The position numbers were made by a program, and so were the translations under genes. A stretch of DNA of 64,000 nt from Phallusia mammillata (Eukaryota), in the NCBI GenBank assembly GCA_965637545.1, contig OZ281495.1, forward strand, positions 13,764,001 through 13,828,000, written 5' to 3'. Of this stretch, positions 35,401 to 50,400 are shown in pieces. The notes under the pieces were generated by a model that ran no database searches, was not told where the DNA came from, and saw only the letters and a list, made by a program, of their open reading frames with translations. Position 1 is the first letter of the stretch; each line of letters opens with the position of its first letter.

Positions 35401-38400
35401 TCCATCGTTTGTTTTACCACTTTCCCTTTGTTTTTCACCTCAGCCTAACTGGTCTTATTGCAATTATTTTCGCCGCTCTTACTGTCACAAAATGTACATA
35501 CACCTCCAAAGCAGTATTTAAATTTTCATGGTTTTCAAAAAGACTGGTTTGGATTCTATTTACAACATCCATCAACATCTATGTACATCGATTGATTTGA
35601 ACATTTTCCTATCCATTTTCTAGCTAATGTTGTACGACACTGTGATCCATTTGATCCGGGGATCGGAGCCAATCATTTCCCGCAATCCATTCACAAAACC
35701 CGAAACACCAAAAGCCGACTTCCGAACGATCAGGGCTGGAGTTTTCATCATCATTAAAACAAAGGTACAGCAGATTTTTTACACAATTTATACCTCTAAA
35801 AGAAACAGTATCCAATTGATTAAAACCGATGTTTTTTGCAGATCGGATTGACTGTTTTGTGGGATGTCGGAACTCGTGTTTACGTCAAACTCGAACCCAA
35901 GTTCAAGTCTCAAGTTTGTGGTTTGTGCGGAAACTTCGATGGAAATGAGCTTAACGATTTCAGAACTCGACAAGGTCAGTTTATGACAAACAAAACCCAT
36001 TTATATTTTATAAAATATGTATTTTTTTACTATTACTCGCTATGATAAATATGTATCTTGGACCACTGCTATCTTGTGGATTCTGCTGTCATTTGATTGG
36101 GGTGTTGTTTGATGATATTATTCCTAATATTGAAACTAGGTTCATGCATTTGATATTTGAACAAACTTTTTCTCATCATCTTTGATTTCAAATATCTTGC
36201 AAAATATCACTTTAACTCATGTTAACCCGGCCTCAAACTACACTAGGAAACTTTCCAATGCTGCACTAATGCTCAACCAATCATTTTAATTCAGGTGAGC
36301 TTGAGTCCAACACTCGAATGTTCGGCGACAGTTGGAAAGTTTTCAGTTCCTGTCCGCGTTCGGAAGAGGATCCCGTTCATCCTTGTATTGTCAGCCCACA
36401 GAGAGCAGACTGGGCGAGATACGCCTGCCGTCATCTGCAGGAAAGTCCTTTCTCCGACTGCCATCAGTTCGTAGACCCAGAGCCTTACTATCAGTCGTGT
36501 CTGTGGGATTCGTGTGGCTGTGATAGGGGTGGTGACTGTGAGTGCTTGTGTACTGCCGTGGCTGCCTATGTGCGAGAATGCAACGAGGTTGGAGTCCATA
36601 TCCCGTGGAGATCGACTGGAAGCTGTGGTAAGTTCAATTGTTATTAAGCTGTGGTTAGTTGGTCTAAAAAATCGTTTTTATTTTTTATTTTTTGGGGTAG
36701 TTTTTTTTTTTAAGTACAAAATTTTTTAAAATTTAAATGCACTTTTTATCTTGTCTATATTTCTTTTGAACACTTTCAACGTTATTTACTAAAATAAACA
36801 CCCAAATATTATTGTCCAAGGCATTTTTCTCTTTTTTATGTTTCAAAACCACAAAGGCTGGTTTACCTGTTTGTAAAGAACATGTAAACATACTTGAGAG
36901 TATGGGATATTTTCATACACTATATTGTTTTACGAAAGAAACCTCATTTTCGCATAAAAATTTAGCCCGCCGATTTTGATTTTTACCACTTGTCGGTTTT
37001 CCAGACAAAAAGTCCAAATATAACATAATTTCGATCGATTTTTCCATTTTTTAGGTTTGCAGTGCGAGAGCGGCAAGGTGTACCAACCATGCGGTAGCAC
37101 TTGTTCAGCAGACTGTTGGACCGCTGCAGAAGATGAGGGCTGTACGAGCACATGTGTGGAGGGATGTCACTGTCCCAATGGAACTGTGCAACATGAGGGA
37201 AGATGCATTGAGAGACAGCAATGTCCGTGTAAAGTGGGAAGCATTGTCTTGCCTGTAGGAACTATTATCCCATACAACTGTATGGAATGGTATGTGGAAG
37301 TTTGTATTTTATGTTCGAAAGATTCTACGACAACATTTGTTATTGTAGCTAAGTCAAAAAGTACATAATTAGCATTATTGAACGCGTTCGTGTTTATCAA
37401 ATCCCTGTTGTTTAACGTTCCGGATTTAAATGCCAATTACACCAACCGTTTGTTTCGTCTTTTTGCTACGTACCTATGGTGAAAAAACTATGTTTAGGGC
37501 CCATGAAAAAATAAGTTGTCATATTCAAACAAATAAAATACAGAGACGAATTATAAAAATCAAACTCGTGTGGTCGAAACAACAGTGTAGGCTATAATGT
37601 AATTCATGTTGTCAAAACAAAACTTTTCAGATAAGGTGGTTTTACTAAAACCTAAAGTGTAAAATGATAAAACTTTTTAATACATTGCTTCCTTTAGTCA
37701 ATGCGTGGACAGCACATTGAAGTGTACTGGTACCCCATGTGAAGGCCCGGAGACAACCACTCCTGCTATTGGAGAGAGCACTACAACAGTTGTAAGTATT
37801 TTCTACAATCTAAATCTAAAATATCACTTAAAATTCGGATTTGTTTTGTCATTTCCTTGTTGTTATGCAGGAAATGACAACAACCACTATGGGCCAAACA
37901 ACAAGTTCAAGTTCACCAGTCTTTACCACTTCTCCAGCTCCTAAAACAACCACACAAGCCACAACCACCATGAGTAAGTCTGCTCCTTTACAGAGGCAGG
38001 CTTTAGTCACCTTTTTCAATTTTTTTAATTCATTTTATTTCCATTTTTATGTTGAGTTGGCAACACGAGATAGCTTAGGAATATAACGGCCCTAATACGA
38101 GATTTAGGAATATAACGGCCCTAATAGACTTAAAAAGCGGCATGCTTTATTTATACGTTTCGGTAAATGCTAATGGCATCATTAACATTAAAATGTCTTT
38201 GTATCAAAAGAAAATAGTTTGGTTGTAAAGTACTGTAGGTTTTGATGTCATGTTTTTGGAGAACCATGTTGTAGATTGCGACGCCTACATTGCTACATTT
38301 TTATAATTTCTGAAAATGGCTTTTGTTGAGTTGTATTAACGACCACTTTTTGGTTTGTGTTGATTTTGTAACTGAAATCCAAAACGTGGTTACTATTTAA

Positions 38401-41400
38401 ACGTGTATTTGTTCAGCCTGTCCAGATGGCCAAGAAACCGTACAATGCGTGAACCCATGCCCTCAAAAGTGTCAGTACTTGGAAACCAGCCAACCTTGCG
38501 TTGGAGCTAGGATCTGCATTCCCGGATGTGGTTGCCCTGGTGACAAGGTTGTTGGAGCGAACGGAATGTGTGTTGAACCGATGGACTGTGCCTGTAAAGA
38601 CGAAAATGGCACTGTTCACCAGGTTAGTAAAGTTCCTTTTAAAACTGTTGGTGGTAAAATACTTGTAACTTATTTTTGATTTTTTATTACGTGAGACAGA
38701 GTTTTTATGTTTGATAATAAATAGAAAAAATATTGTCGTGTTGTCATAATTTAGTGGTTCTTAAGGTGTCTAAGTGTGCTGTGAATTGTTTGTTGGGTTT
38801 AACAACTAAAGAGGTTTGTGCACACTTTTATCTTATTACCAAGAGAAGTCTTACGAATTAGTTTGAAGTTGCAAATCAATTTCTGTGAAATAGTTTTGGG
38901 ATTAGCAGAAAGGGTGTCGCAAAAAAATGAAGTATGCCACGAGCTTAAAATATACGCTACAAACGTTTTTGCCTATTGAAATTTGTATTACTCTCTCACT
39001 TTGCCAGTGTTGCTTTTTATTTATTGTTTGTTGAATCAAAAAGATTACACAATCGTCTATCGTTTGTTGTTGTTTTATCTTTTTTTCATACGCGTCTAAC
39101 CACCTTGAGGTTCAACAATTTCATAACACTGCAAAACTTAAATTTGTATGAACCAAGTACTGCTCCTCTGACAAAGTGTTGTTTTTTACTGACGTTTCAC
39201 TGTCCTAATTAGGTCGCCTTTATAGCAAGGGGCGAAAAACGAAAACAACGACACGATAAACGCAAAGATAAGAAACGCATTGACTTCTAATCAAAAGCCT
39301 TTAAGCAACTGCCTTATAGCAAGCAGAGAGCAACATATTTTTTGTTTTTCTTACATTTATTTCAATACTTTACAGCCCGGTGAAAGTTGGAACAAGGGTA
39401 CATGTGAGCGTTGTACATGTTTCAACAATGCCGTCGAATGCGAACCGGTTCAGTGTGGGGAAATTGCTTGTGACGAGGAGGCTGGAATGTCACTTGTTAA
39501 CGTGGCAGGCTTTTGCTGTCCAGTGTGCATTCCCACAACCACCTTCCCCGTCACTGAGTCCACGTCCACAGCTGCTGTTACCACGACTACGCCAATAGTT
39601 TGCGATGAAAGTAAGTGCGTGTGTTTTTTTGTAAGTTATATGACACTGGAATGAAATACGTTCCAATATTTCAAGTTATTAAGCACATTATTTTTTTCAG
39701 TTCAATTTTTGTTTACGATTAATGAAATTTGGACAAAACCTATCTTTGTATGACGGCATTTTTGTCGTTTAATGTTTAGCATCGAAAAAAGCAAGCCGGC
39801 ACCCCAACAAAAAATTTGAAACAAAAAGGCGCTTCCACAAAAACGAACACTGTTTTTTCACTAATTTAAAAAAATCATTATTTTAATGCCTTTTAATCAA
39901 ATGCTTTATTTTAAACGTATATAGGCGAAGAGTACGGCATCTGTACTTGCACTCCATCCTGTTCCGACATTCGCTCCAACCTCACATGTCAGATGTCACT
40001 TGCACAGGACAGCAACGGAAAATGTTGCTCGTGCAAAGAGGGGATGGCCCGTGATGACGTCACTGGGCAATGCATTCCTGTCGAGTCGTGTCCATGCGTC
40101 GACCAAGATGGTAAGAACGACGTAAAAAAAGATTTACTCTGCGACTCCACATAGGAAAACAAAACTACAACTTTAAACGTTTTTCTCTAACAGTTTTAAG
40201 CATTAGGACACAAAGCTACAAAAGTCCTTCAAATCCTTCTGTTTTTTCTGCAGGAAACACAGTCCCAGCGGGCGAGATGATCGACGTTGGAACTTGTTCC
40301 AGGTGTGAGTGTATCAACGCTAAACTGCGATGCGCCAACTACTGCACCATCAGTGGCTGCGCGAAGGGAATGAAAATGGAAACAGATGAAAGCGGCTGTT
40401 GTATGTGCGTAAAAGGTAAGACTTGATGTTTAAGAGAGATTTGAATTATTTTTAACATCATTTCTATTTCAGAACCATTGACAACCACAGTAGAACCGAC
40501 AACAACTTCTGAAGCTGTGACAACCACTGAATCGTCCCAATTCACCACAACCCTGCTTTCCACAGAATCAACCACCACCGTAAGTGCACCAAATCATGTA
40601 TTTTTTATCATAGATATCGAATTTTTATGCGTTATCTTGCTTTTGCTTGGGTCATGTTTTTAAAACAAACAAACAAAAACTGTACCATGTAATTGCACAA
40701 AAAAGTCAAAATTATCCGTAAAGATCCTGGACGTAATTTGTTGATTGTTAAGATCGATTGAAAAGTCATATCGGCAATTTGAGAACAGTAACTTCAAAAT
40801 TCGCAAAACAATTTGTGAGGATTAAAGCAAGGCAATTCCAGCATCTTCGCTATGGCAACGAAACTGTATTTTGTATAAAGTTCAAAATCTTGAAAATCTG
40901 AAAGCCAAAATCCAACAAAAACAATTAACAATATTCTCTATTCTCAGGAAACCGAGCCGGTTACCACAACCACTCCAGGCATATCTTGTGCATGCAAAGC
41001 TGGATACTTCGAATGCGACCAATGCGATAAGTGCGTTAGAAACGAGAGCAAATGTGATGGAGTGAGACAGTGTGCGGATGGAAGCGACGAGATGAACTGT
41101 CCTTGTATATACAATGGTGTTGTAATTCCGGTAGGTTTGCCACACTAAGTAAGGTTGATACGTAGTAAATGCTTACAGACTAAAAATACCACAGATCAGA
41201 CATAGATAGCATATTCATTTCGTTTATATAAATTTGCAAAATTTAATACTTTGTGTTTTACAATGTGTCAATATCCTGTATGGGAAGTCGAAACGTCATT
41301 TTTTTTTCAATAAAAATTTGCTGGAAAGGCAGCAGGTGGTAATACACAACATTAAAGGTATTTGTCAGCCTGAACAAAATAAAGTCTAATTTGAGGACAA

Positions 41401-44400
41401 CTTTAAGTTTTTTTTACATTATATGTTGTCTACAGAATGAAGACAGCTTGGTTGTAAGCGAATGTCAAACATGTACTTGCGAGAACGGACGTACAGAATG
41501 TGTCAAAACATGTAGTCTGTTGTGCAAAGAAGGATATTACCTGCAGACATACGAAGATGACAGGTTGGTAGTTTGCAACCATTTAATTCTTTCATGCTTT
41601 GAATGAATTAATTTATATTTTTTACAATTTAGATGCTGTTCGTGCGAATTGGCGGCAACCACAACCGCACCAGTTGAAGAAACAACCAGTGCAACGGAAC
41701 CAGCGACCACGACTGGTTCGCAATCGGTAACAACCACAACCAAAGTTGCAGTTGTAACTACCACCATCTCGTCATCTACTGAAATAACCACCAAAGGTAA
41801 TGTACTCTGTTTGTACTAGTGTTTTCTTTGTTTGGTACTTCATCAATTTGACCGTTTTAAACTTTATGATGGCGACTTAACAGATTGTTGTTGATTGTCT
41901 GTTGTAATAAAAATCTCCTGTATAAAATTGTTTTTATAGTCGCTTGAAACAACTGTTTAATAAAATTGCCGATAAAAGTAAAAGAGTATTCTGACCCCAA
42001 ACACTCCAACGTTTCATAGCACAAATGAGAATACATGAGAACATACGTACATGAGAATTTGTATATAGTGAATAAAATATATTGCTAACAGTTTAGCAAA
42101 GGCTGTTATGATCGTTAGCTGAAATAAGGCTTTATTACGTCATGCAAGTTTTCTGGTTGTTTGCTTTTAAAGTCCATATTTAGTGTTGCCATTATTTAAA
42201 GTTTGTTGTTTAATTTATACAGGACCATGTCTCAATGCCCTCGGAATGGAGTCAGGTGACATCGATGATCAACTGATTTGGGCTTCATCATATCTTCCCG
42301 ACAGAAACCCGGAATTGGCCCGGCTCAGGTCCCAGGGAACATCGGCTGATGCTAAATCTTTGTCCTGGTCTCCGAAAGAGAACGACGCCGCACCATATTT
42401 GGAAGTCTCGTTCTTGGAGCTGACTGAGGTGACTGGTGTTTCTACACAGGGTGGTGAAGATGGTGGATTTGTTGGTCAGTTCACCATCGAGTATGCTGAC
42501 AAAGAAGGTGTTAAGATGGTTGAGGAGACAGTCGTGGACGAAGATGGACTGACTGTTCGACGACCTGTCGTTTTTGAAGGTATATATTTAAGTTGTAGCA
42601 CACTTGTTTTGGTTTCTTTTAGGGAACCAAGTTATCAAGTGTAGTAAAGCTAGCATTGTTCTGGTATTGAGGAACATTTCACAGAAGAATTGTGTGTAAC
42701 TTGTCAATAATCCTTGCTCCAACAAAAAAATGTATCAGCGATTTAAGGTAAAAGGTTTTGCTGCCCTACCTTCTCGGTGTGGTTTTCGTCAAATAGCCCT
42801 TTTATTATCTTGTTTATAAGAAAACATAGCTTTAAAAATGAAAAAAAAATATTTGTAACCTCAAACTGTTTTACCATTAGCGCAAAGGACTACAATACAA
42901 ATAATGCAAGACATAGACAGTAAATACTAAAATGTCTGTTTTTACTTTAACTCAAACTTTTTTAATATTTCAGGAAACAGTGATGATCACACAGTAGTGA
43001 AGAATCGTCTTCCACAACCGATCATCGTCAAATTGATCCGCATCCTTCCTGTAATCTCCTCATCACCAAAGATCAGCTTACGAGTTGAAATACACGGATG
43101 CGGGGAAGGAGAAGTTACAACTACGACAGAACAACCACAAACTACCACAGAACAACCACAAACCACCACGGAACTGCCGGAAACTACAACTAGCGGAGTA
43201 TCTTTTACCACAACTTCGGCAGGAGTTTCCACAACCTCCACATCTAGTAAGAAGTGGTGTTAAATATTTTTATTCTGGTGTTGCATGAAAAGTTAGAAAC
43301 ACGTAGTTTTAGTTCGCGTTGCCAACCAATAGCTGATAAAAAATTGTCCTTATTTTAAGAAATTCACCTATTTTGATAGAATATTGTGACGATGCACTCG
43401 GAATGGACTCTGGTCTCATCGAAGACGAACAAGTTTGGGCTTCGTCATATCTTCCCGACAGAAACCCAGAATTTGCCCGAATTCGTTCGTCAAAAGATGC
43501 CAAATCGCTTTCCTGGTCTCCGAAAGAGAACGACGCCGCACCATATTTGGAAGTTTCCTTCTTGGAGCTGACTGAGGTGACTGGTGTTTCTACACAGGGT
43601 GGTGAAGATGGTGGATTTGTTGGTCAGTTCACCATCGAGTATGCAGACAAAGAAGGTGTTAAGATGGTTGCGGAGACAGTCGTGGATGAAAATGGACAGG
43701 TTGCTCGACAACCTGTTGTTTTTGAAGGTAATCGGCCTAACTTGATACCCTTTTCGGTAAATGGACCAGAATGTATTAACCATGCCACTGTTTGCCGGAG
43801 TAATTTATACAATAAGATCAGCCGGTAATTTTCACATTTGTGTTGCTATAGGTAAAGACCAACATGTTTAAAAACATTTTCAATGTATTGATTGAACGCT
43901 CATTGCAATATTGTCTTTCGTTCAGCAAACAGCGATGATTACTCTGTGGTGAAGAACCAACTTCCTGAACCGATCATCGTTAAATTGATCCGCATCCTTC
44001 CTGTGATCTCCTCATCACCAAAGATCAGCCTTCGTGTCGAAATACACGGATGTGGAGAAGGCGAAGTTACAACTACCACAGAACAACCACAAACCACAAG
44101 TGAAGCAGCTGGTACCACTACCACACCATTCTTGGTTGAAACAACCACTGAAACTGTGACAAAGACCACCGAACCAGTTGTCACCACATCACCGACTGCT
44201 GGTAAATAGCTTTTGTATCAACGTTTCATGACATTATGTAAAAAATAGTTCTGTTGAACGATAGATTCAAGTTTACGAAAAAGAAAAAAGAAATTTATTG
44301 CGCCTTAACAGCATCATTAGTATACGTGATCAATCATGAAAATCGTATTAATAAAGAGAAGCATAAAGCCACTTATTGGTTATTTTAGAAAACTTTAAAC

Positions 44401-47400
44401 TTGATTCATATGCTGGAACCTTAAATAAAACTGGTGTTTAATTAAACTTTTGTAGGAACTACTACGACAAAAGCGGTAGAAACAACCACAACCGAAGTGG
44501 TCAAGTCTACACCACTTTCAAGTACCAGCACAGGTGGGGTGGTTTCGACCACAACTGAGATGGTGCAAACCACTTCAACAAAACCAGTAACAACAGTCGA
44601 AACTACAACTACAGGTATATCTTGGTTCCACAAATTTAGATCGGTTTAGGTTTATTAGTAGGTAAAAAGCATAATTTGTGTCGGAAGCATATTGCTGCGG
44701 CAAAACATTTAAAATTAAAATTATTTTGTTGGCTAAGTTATGGAAACCACGTCGACGAATGTTGTCGAAACGAGTCCTGAGATTTGCCGCTTGGAGATGG
44801 GAGTCGAAGTCGACGCATCAAACACTGTCGGCGCTGCAGAGCTTTCTGCTTCATCGACCAAACAGGGCAGTTCTCCAGAGTACGGCCGTCTAAACAGCAG
44901 GACAGAAGATGGTTCTCCCCGGGCCTGGGCACCGTCAGTTAATATGCCATCCCAGTTTTTGCAGGTAAAGATATTTTCTGTAAGTTGTTAGGATGTTGTT
45001 CGACTCAAGCAACAAGCAATTTATTCTCTTCAGAAAGGCATGAAAACATTTTTGATTTTGGTGTTAGTGCTATTTTTATGGTGTTCTAACCAATTACTTT
45101 TAATAGTAAGCTTTCAGTACACCTAAATCAATGTGTGTTTTTCGTTTTGCAATGTAGGCTATTGTAAATAATATCGATTTCGTCGATTTAATGGCATCCT
45201 CAGTTCTAAGCATGACATCAAAAATAAAATTAAGTTATTTAGGCGATAAAAGATGTAAAATAATAATAAAAGACCAACACAACGACAATACATTCCTCGA
45301 CAACTACATCAAACATTAAAAAACAGATACAGCAAAACGACACGACAAAACGATGGAAAGGGCGATGTTTTAACCAAAATAACAAATAGTTAAATTTTGT
45401 GTGTGGTTAGCTACCATTGTCATGGCGGTTGGACGCAGTACCGTGATTAACATAGTACGCCATTTCTCTCACTTACTAGTCTTGTTGCGGTCCGTCACCT
45501 GATTCTGTCTTCTCTTCTTTAGGTGACTTTTGACAGTAAGGTGGTGATCACAGAGCTGCTTATACAAGGTGGGGGCGAGGAAGGATGGGTGACCAAGTTT
45601 AGTGTACAAAGCAGCAAAGATGGAATTGAATGGAGAAGTGTTGACGAGGATTCACTGACGAACAATGAGAACGCGCTAATCTTTGGCGGAAATGTAGACG
45701 GAACATCGACTGAAAAGGTTTAAATGCTAGGGAATTTTTTTATGTAACGTTTGGGCAATACTTTGCTGTTATGCAATATATCGTTTACATGTCTTAACAA
45801 CAAGACGTTGCATTTTTTTTTTCAGGAATGTCATACTTTTTTCATATGTTTATTTTATTTGTTGCCATAATAGGTTGTGTTGCCATTCCCATTGGAAGCT
45901 CTCGCAATTCGCATCGTTCCCATGGCTTGGCACAAAAATATTCTGATGCGTGTCGACTTGATGGGATGTTACAAAGAAGTCGAAACAACCACAGTGGAAG
46001 TTGTCACCACAACCGAGATTGTCACTACAACAGAAAAACCAGTGGTAAGAAATAAAACTTATGTAAAACTATTGTTTGGGCACAATATAAAAGCATGATA
46101 AATCCCAAAGACATAAATTGTTTTTAACTAATCTTATGTTAAATTGGCTGCTTGTTGGCTGTAATAGCTGAAACTTTTTTTGACAATAGCTGTTCATATT
46201 TTTAGTTTACTTCTTCTACCCCTGGAACGACTTCTTCCGTTGAAGTGACAACGACGAAAGAAGCTCTGCCGACCACCACATTATTAACTACAACCAGCGG
46301 ACCAATCGGGGTCACCACCACAACCAAGGGCTCCATGACAACCAGTGAACCAATTGGAGTTACCACCACAACTAAAGGAGTCATGACAACCAGTGGACCA
46401 ACCGAGGAGACTACCACAACCAAGGGAACCATGACGACCAGTGAACCAATTGGAGTTACCACCACAACTAAAGGAGTCATGACAACCAGTGGACCAACCG
46501 AGGAAAGTACCACAACCAAGGGAACCATGACGACCAGTGAACCAATTGGAGTTACCACCACAACTAAAGGAGTCATGACAACCAGTGGACCAACTGAGGA
46601 GACTACCACAACCAAGGGAACCATGACAACCAGTGGACCAACTGAGGAGACTACCACAATCAAGGGAACCATGACAACCAGTGAACCAATTGGGGTGACC
46701 ACCACAACCAAGGGTACCATGACGACCAGTATACCAACCGAGGAGACCACAACAACCCAGGGATCTGTAGTAACAACGACCAAATTTTCCCAGACTTCGA
46801 GCTCTCCAGCGGTGACAACAACTACCATTGTGATTCCACCTGAAACTACTACTGGCGCACCAGCAGAAACAACTCCCATTGCCACGGAAAGCTCCACAAC
46901 TTCGGGTGAGTTGTGCAAACAACATTTAAAAAATAACAGTACCATCAGTAAGCAATTATCGTTTTTGCAGGCAATCTGGTGACAACAACGGTTGGACAAA
47001 CGTCGTCTACTTCTCAGGCCCAAGTCACCACCACAGTAACGGTTGAAAAAACAACAGAATCAACCACTATAGGTAAGTAACCTGACTAGTATGGTTCATC
47101 ATTTGGGTACAAAGATACTCATTAGCACCAAGCAATTATTATTTTCAAATATTATTTGTAGAAATCTGCGACGAGCCAATGCCAGTCGAAAGTACATCCG
47201 GCACAGATTCAATCGTAGCTTCCTCTACAAAGGAAAACAGCCAACCGAGTGACGTGATTTTGAGCGAGACTCCCGACAGCGAAGTCCCGAAATCTTGGTC
47301 GCCGCGTAATGACGACGAAGAGCCATATGTCGAGCTGCGTTTCCCAAACCTTGTCAAAATTACCTCAATTGTTACCAAGGGTGGAGAGAACGGCGAATTT

Positions 47401-50400
47401 GTTCCCGAATTTACAGTGCAGACCTCGACTACTGACGACTCGGAGTTACAGGACATCTCGGTTACAGAGAGCACCCGCGATGGTGTGATAGAACTTCCGA
47501 GGGTGTTTAGTGGTAACGACGATGACAGCACCGTTGTTAGACATCCACTTGACGAACCTGTTGTTGCTCGAATTGTGCGCATCTATCCTAAGAGGGCTGA
47601 ACCAGAAGCACCAATAAGCCTTCAAGTCGAAATCCGCGGATGCTTGAAAGAAGTTACTACTACTGTTCCAGTTGTGATCGAAACAACCACAGAAAAAGTC
47701 ACCACTGTTACTGAGTCGGTATCAACAACTTCCACGGAAGGTGTCGCTACCACTACAGTTTCCGAACCAATGTCAACCACCAAGGAAGTTACAACAACTG
47801 TTACTGAAGTGGTGACTCCAATCGAGTCAACGACCACCTCTGGAATTGACACTACCACCCCTAAAAAGATGGTGACCACCACAACAACCACGGAGACAGA
47901 GACCAGTACTCCAGTTGTTGTGTCAAGTTCAGAAGCTGTCACTACCACCACGGTACCAGGATCAACGATCGTGGTTGAGACCATTCCACCCGAGACCACA
48001 ACTACATCGTCGGCACCACTTAAGTTTTGTGATGACGCAATGGGTTTGGAATATGGTGCTGAAAACCCGGTTTTGAACCCGACCATTTACACGTCAAGCA
48101 ATACTGATAATACCGATCTTGCTCGATTGAATTTCGTGGATGAAAATGGCAACCCAGATGCCTGGAAACCAGATTCTGAAGACACCAATCCGTGGGTAGT
48201 CGTCACTTTCGACCATCCAGTTGTTGTTACTTCTGTTTTGGTTCAAGGTGCGGGATCCACTGATAATTACGTTACAGAATTGGCAGTTGAATATTCGACG
48301 AATGGCGGAGCTACTTGGAACCGTTTAACTGATTCCAGTGACACCCCTGTTGTTTTTGAGGGAAACAACGACGCGCAATCCATTAGTGAAATTGACCTTC
48401 CAGAACCAATTGAACATGTCACATCTCTTCGACTCATTCCAAGATCATGGAACAACGCCCCCGCTATGAGAATAGAAATACGAGGATGCTACAAGGTCGT
48501 AACCACCACAACAACCATATCCACCAGCTCAGAGGTGGTAACCACTACTTTTATGCAATCTACTGTCTCATCAGCTGAATCGACAACTTTGCAACAATCG
48601 CCGGAAACAACTACCCTCTCTGGTGTTTCAAGCACCTCATCCTCTAATCCGATTACTACAAGTTCTAGTTCTGAGACCACTGAGTCTCCGGAAACCACCA
48701 GCCTCGGTGTTTCCACCTCTGCACAGGAAACTACCACATCCTTCGTATCCGGTGTGACCACAACGAGCGAAGCGCCCGTATCCACTACCACAGTAAAAAT
48801 TATTCCAACCAGTACCGAGACTGTTGTCACCACCACGTCAATTAACCCCATAGAAACAACCACCACCGCCCAAACTGGAAGTACCACTTTACCCCCACCG
48901 ACGCCACCACCACCACCATTCCCAACTACAACAGGAACTAGTGAAACGACCACAAGCCAACCAGTGGTCACAGAAACGTCACCATCTGGCGAGACCACAA
49001 CCACAGCAGAGGGACAAACTACCAGCAGCGCACCAGCAGTTACTGAAACTTCCCCATCTGGGCAAACAACAACCACCGAAGCTGGGTCATCCACAACCAC
49101 GCAGAAAACCATTATTGAAACAACTCCTGTGACAGCCAGTGAACCTGCCGTAACTACAACCCAGCCAACTAGCAGCTCCACAGCTATTGCCACGACCACC
49201 ACCAGCAAAACAGTCACAGTGGAAGAGACTACACCAGGTAGGAAAAAACAATATTAATTTAGTACCTTGTCAACTAAAATTAAGCACATGTAATAGTGAA
49301 CATTATGTTAAAATGTAATTTATGCAATCTCACAGTGAATTTTTTTTAAATATTCTTTTGTTAGAGATGAATCGGCCAGTTCAAAACTTAATTACAATGT
49401 TTTGTTAAAGGTCTTTGCGACGAGGAAATGGGCATGCAGAGCCGCGAGATTCCCGACGACGCAATAACGGCCAGCTCATCAAAACCAGGTAGCGAACCAT
49501 CAAATGCCAGACCTGGTTCTGTCACAGAAGAAGACCAACCAGCTTCGTGGTCGCCCACCGATGACGACCAGAAACCATACTTGGAAGTCCGCTTCCCCAA
49601 CGTTGTCCGCATCACTGGTATTCGAACAACAGGTGGTGAAAATGGCGAGTTTGTGCCGAAGTACAAGGTTAAGTCTTCGCCAAATGACAACGACGAGCTG
49701 ACTGACATTGTGGAAGTCGTAGCTGTTGAAACACCAACAGGTGTAACATACGAAGAAGTGTCAAAGGTCTTCAATGCAAACAGAGATGACCATAGCGTCA
49801 AGGAAAATACTGTTGAACCAATTGATGTGTCAGTAATACGTATTTACCCGATTAGATCCAGTCCAGAGCAACCAATAAGTTTGCAAGTTGAGTTCATTGG
49901 ATGCGAGGAACCGCATACCAGCACAACTCCTGTAGTTGTGGAAACTACCGTTGAAATTACAACGAAAAATACAAAACCAATCGTTTCGACCACCGAAACT
50001 GCTACAACTACCAGCGGATCAGGAGTTGTATCAACCACGGAGACCACTACTGTTGTGACAGAGAAAACCACGCCGGTGACTGAAGGACCAGCTACAACTA
50101 CTCTTGTGGTAACTACAACCAAAGCAATGGAAACCACTACAACCACTCTTGGGTTGACTTCCAGCACGGAAGGAACAACTACGCAGGGCCCAGAAACCAC
50201 CACTGAAACAACAGAGAAAATTTGCGATGACGAAATGGTTTTTGACTTGGGTGAAAACAACGTTATTCACAAGCCAACAATTACTGCATCGAGCAACACT
50301 CCAGAAGAAGGAGCTGCGGCTTTAAACAGTCCAGAGTCATGGATTCCTACTTTGGAAGATATTGACGATCTTGACGGCTCTTGGATCCAAGTTGACTTTC

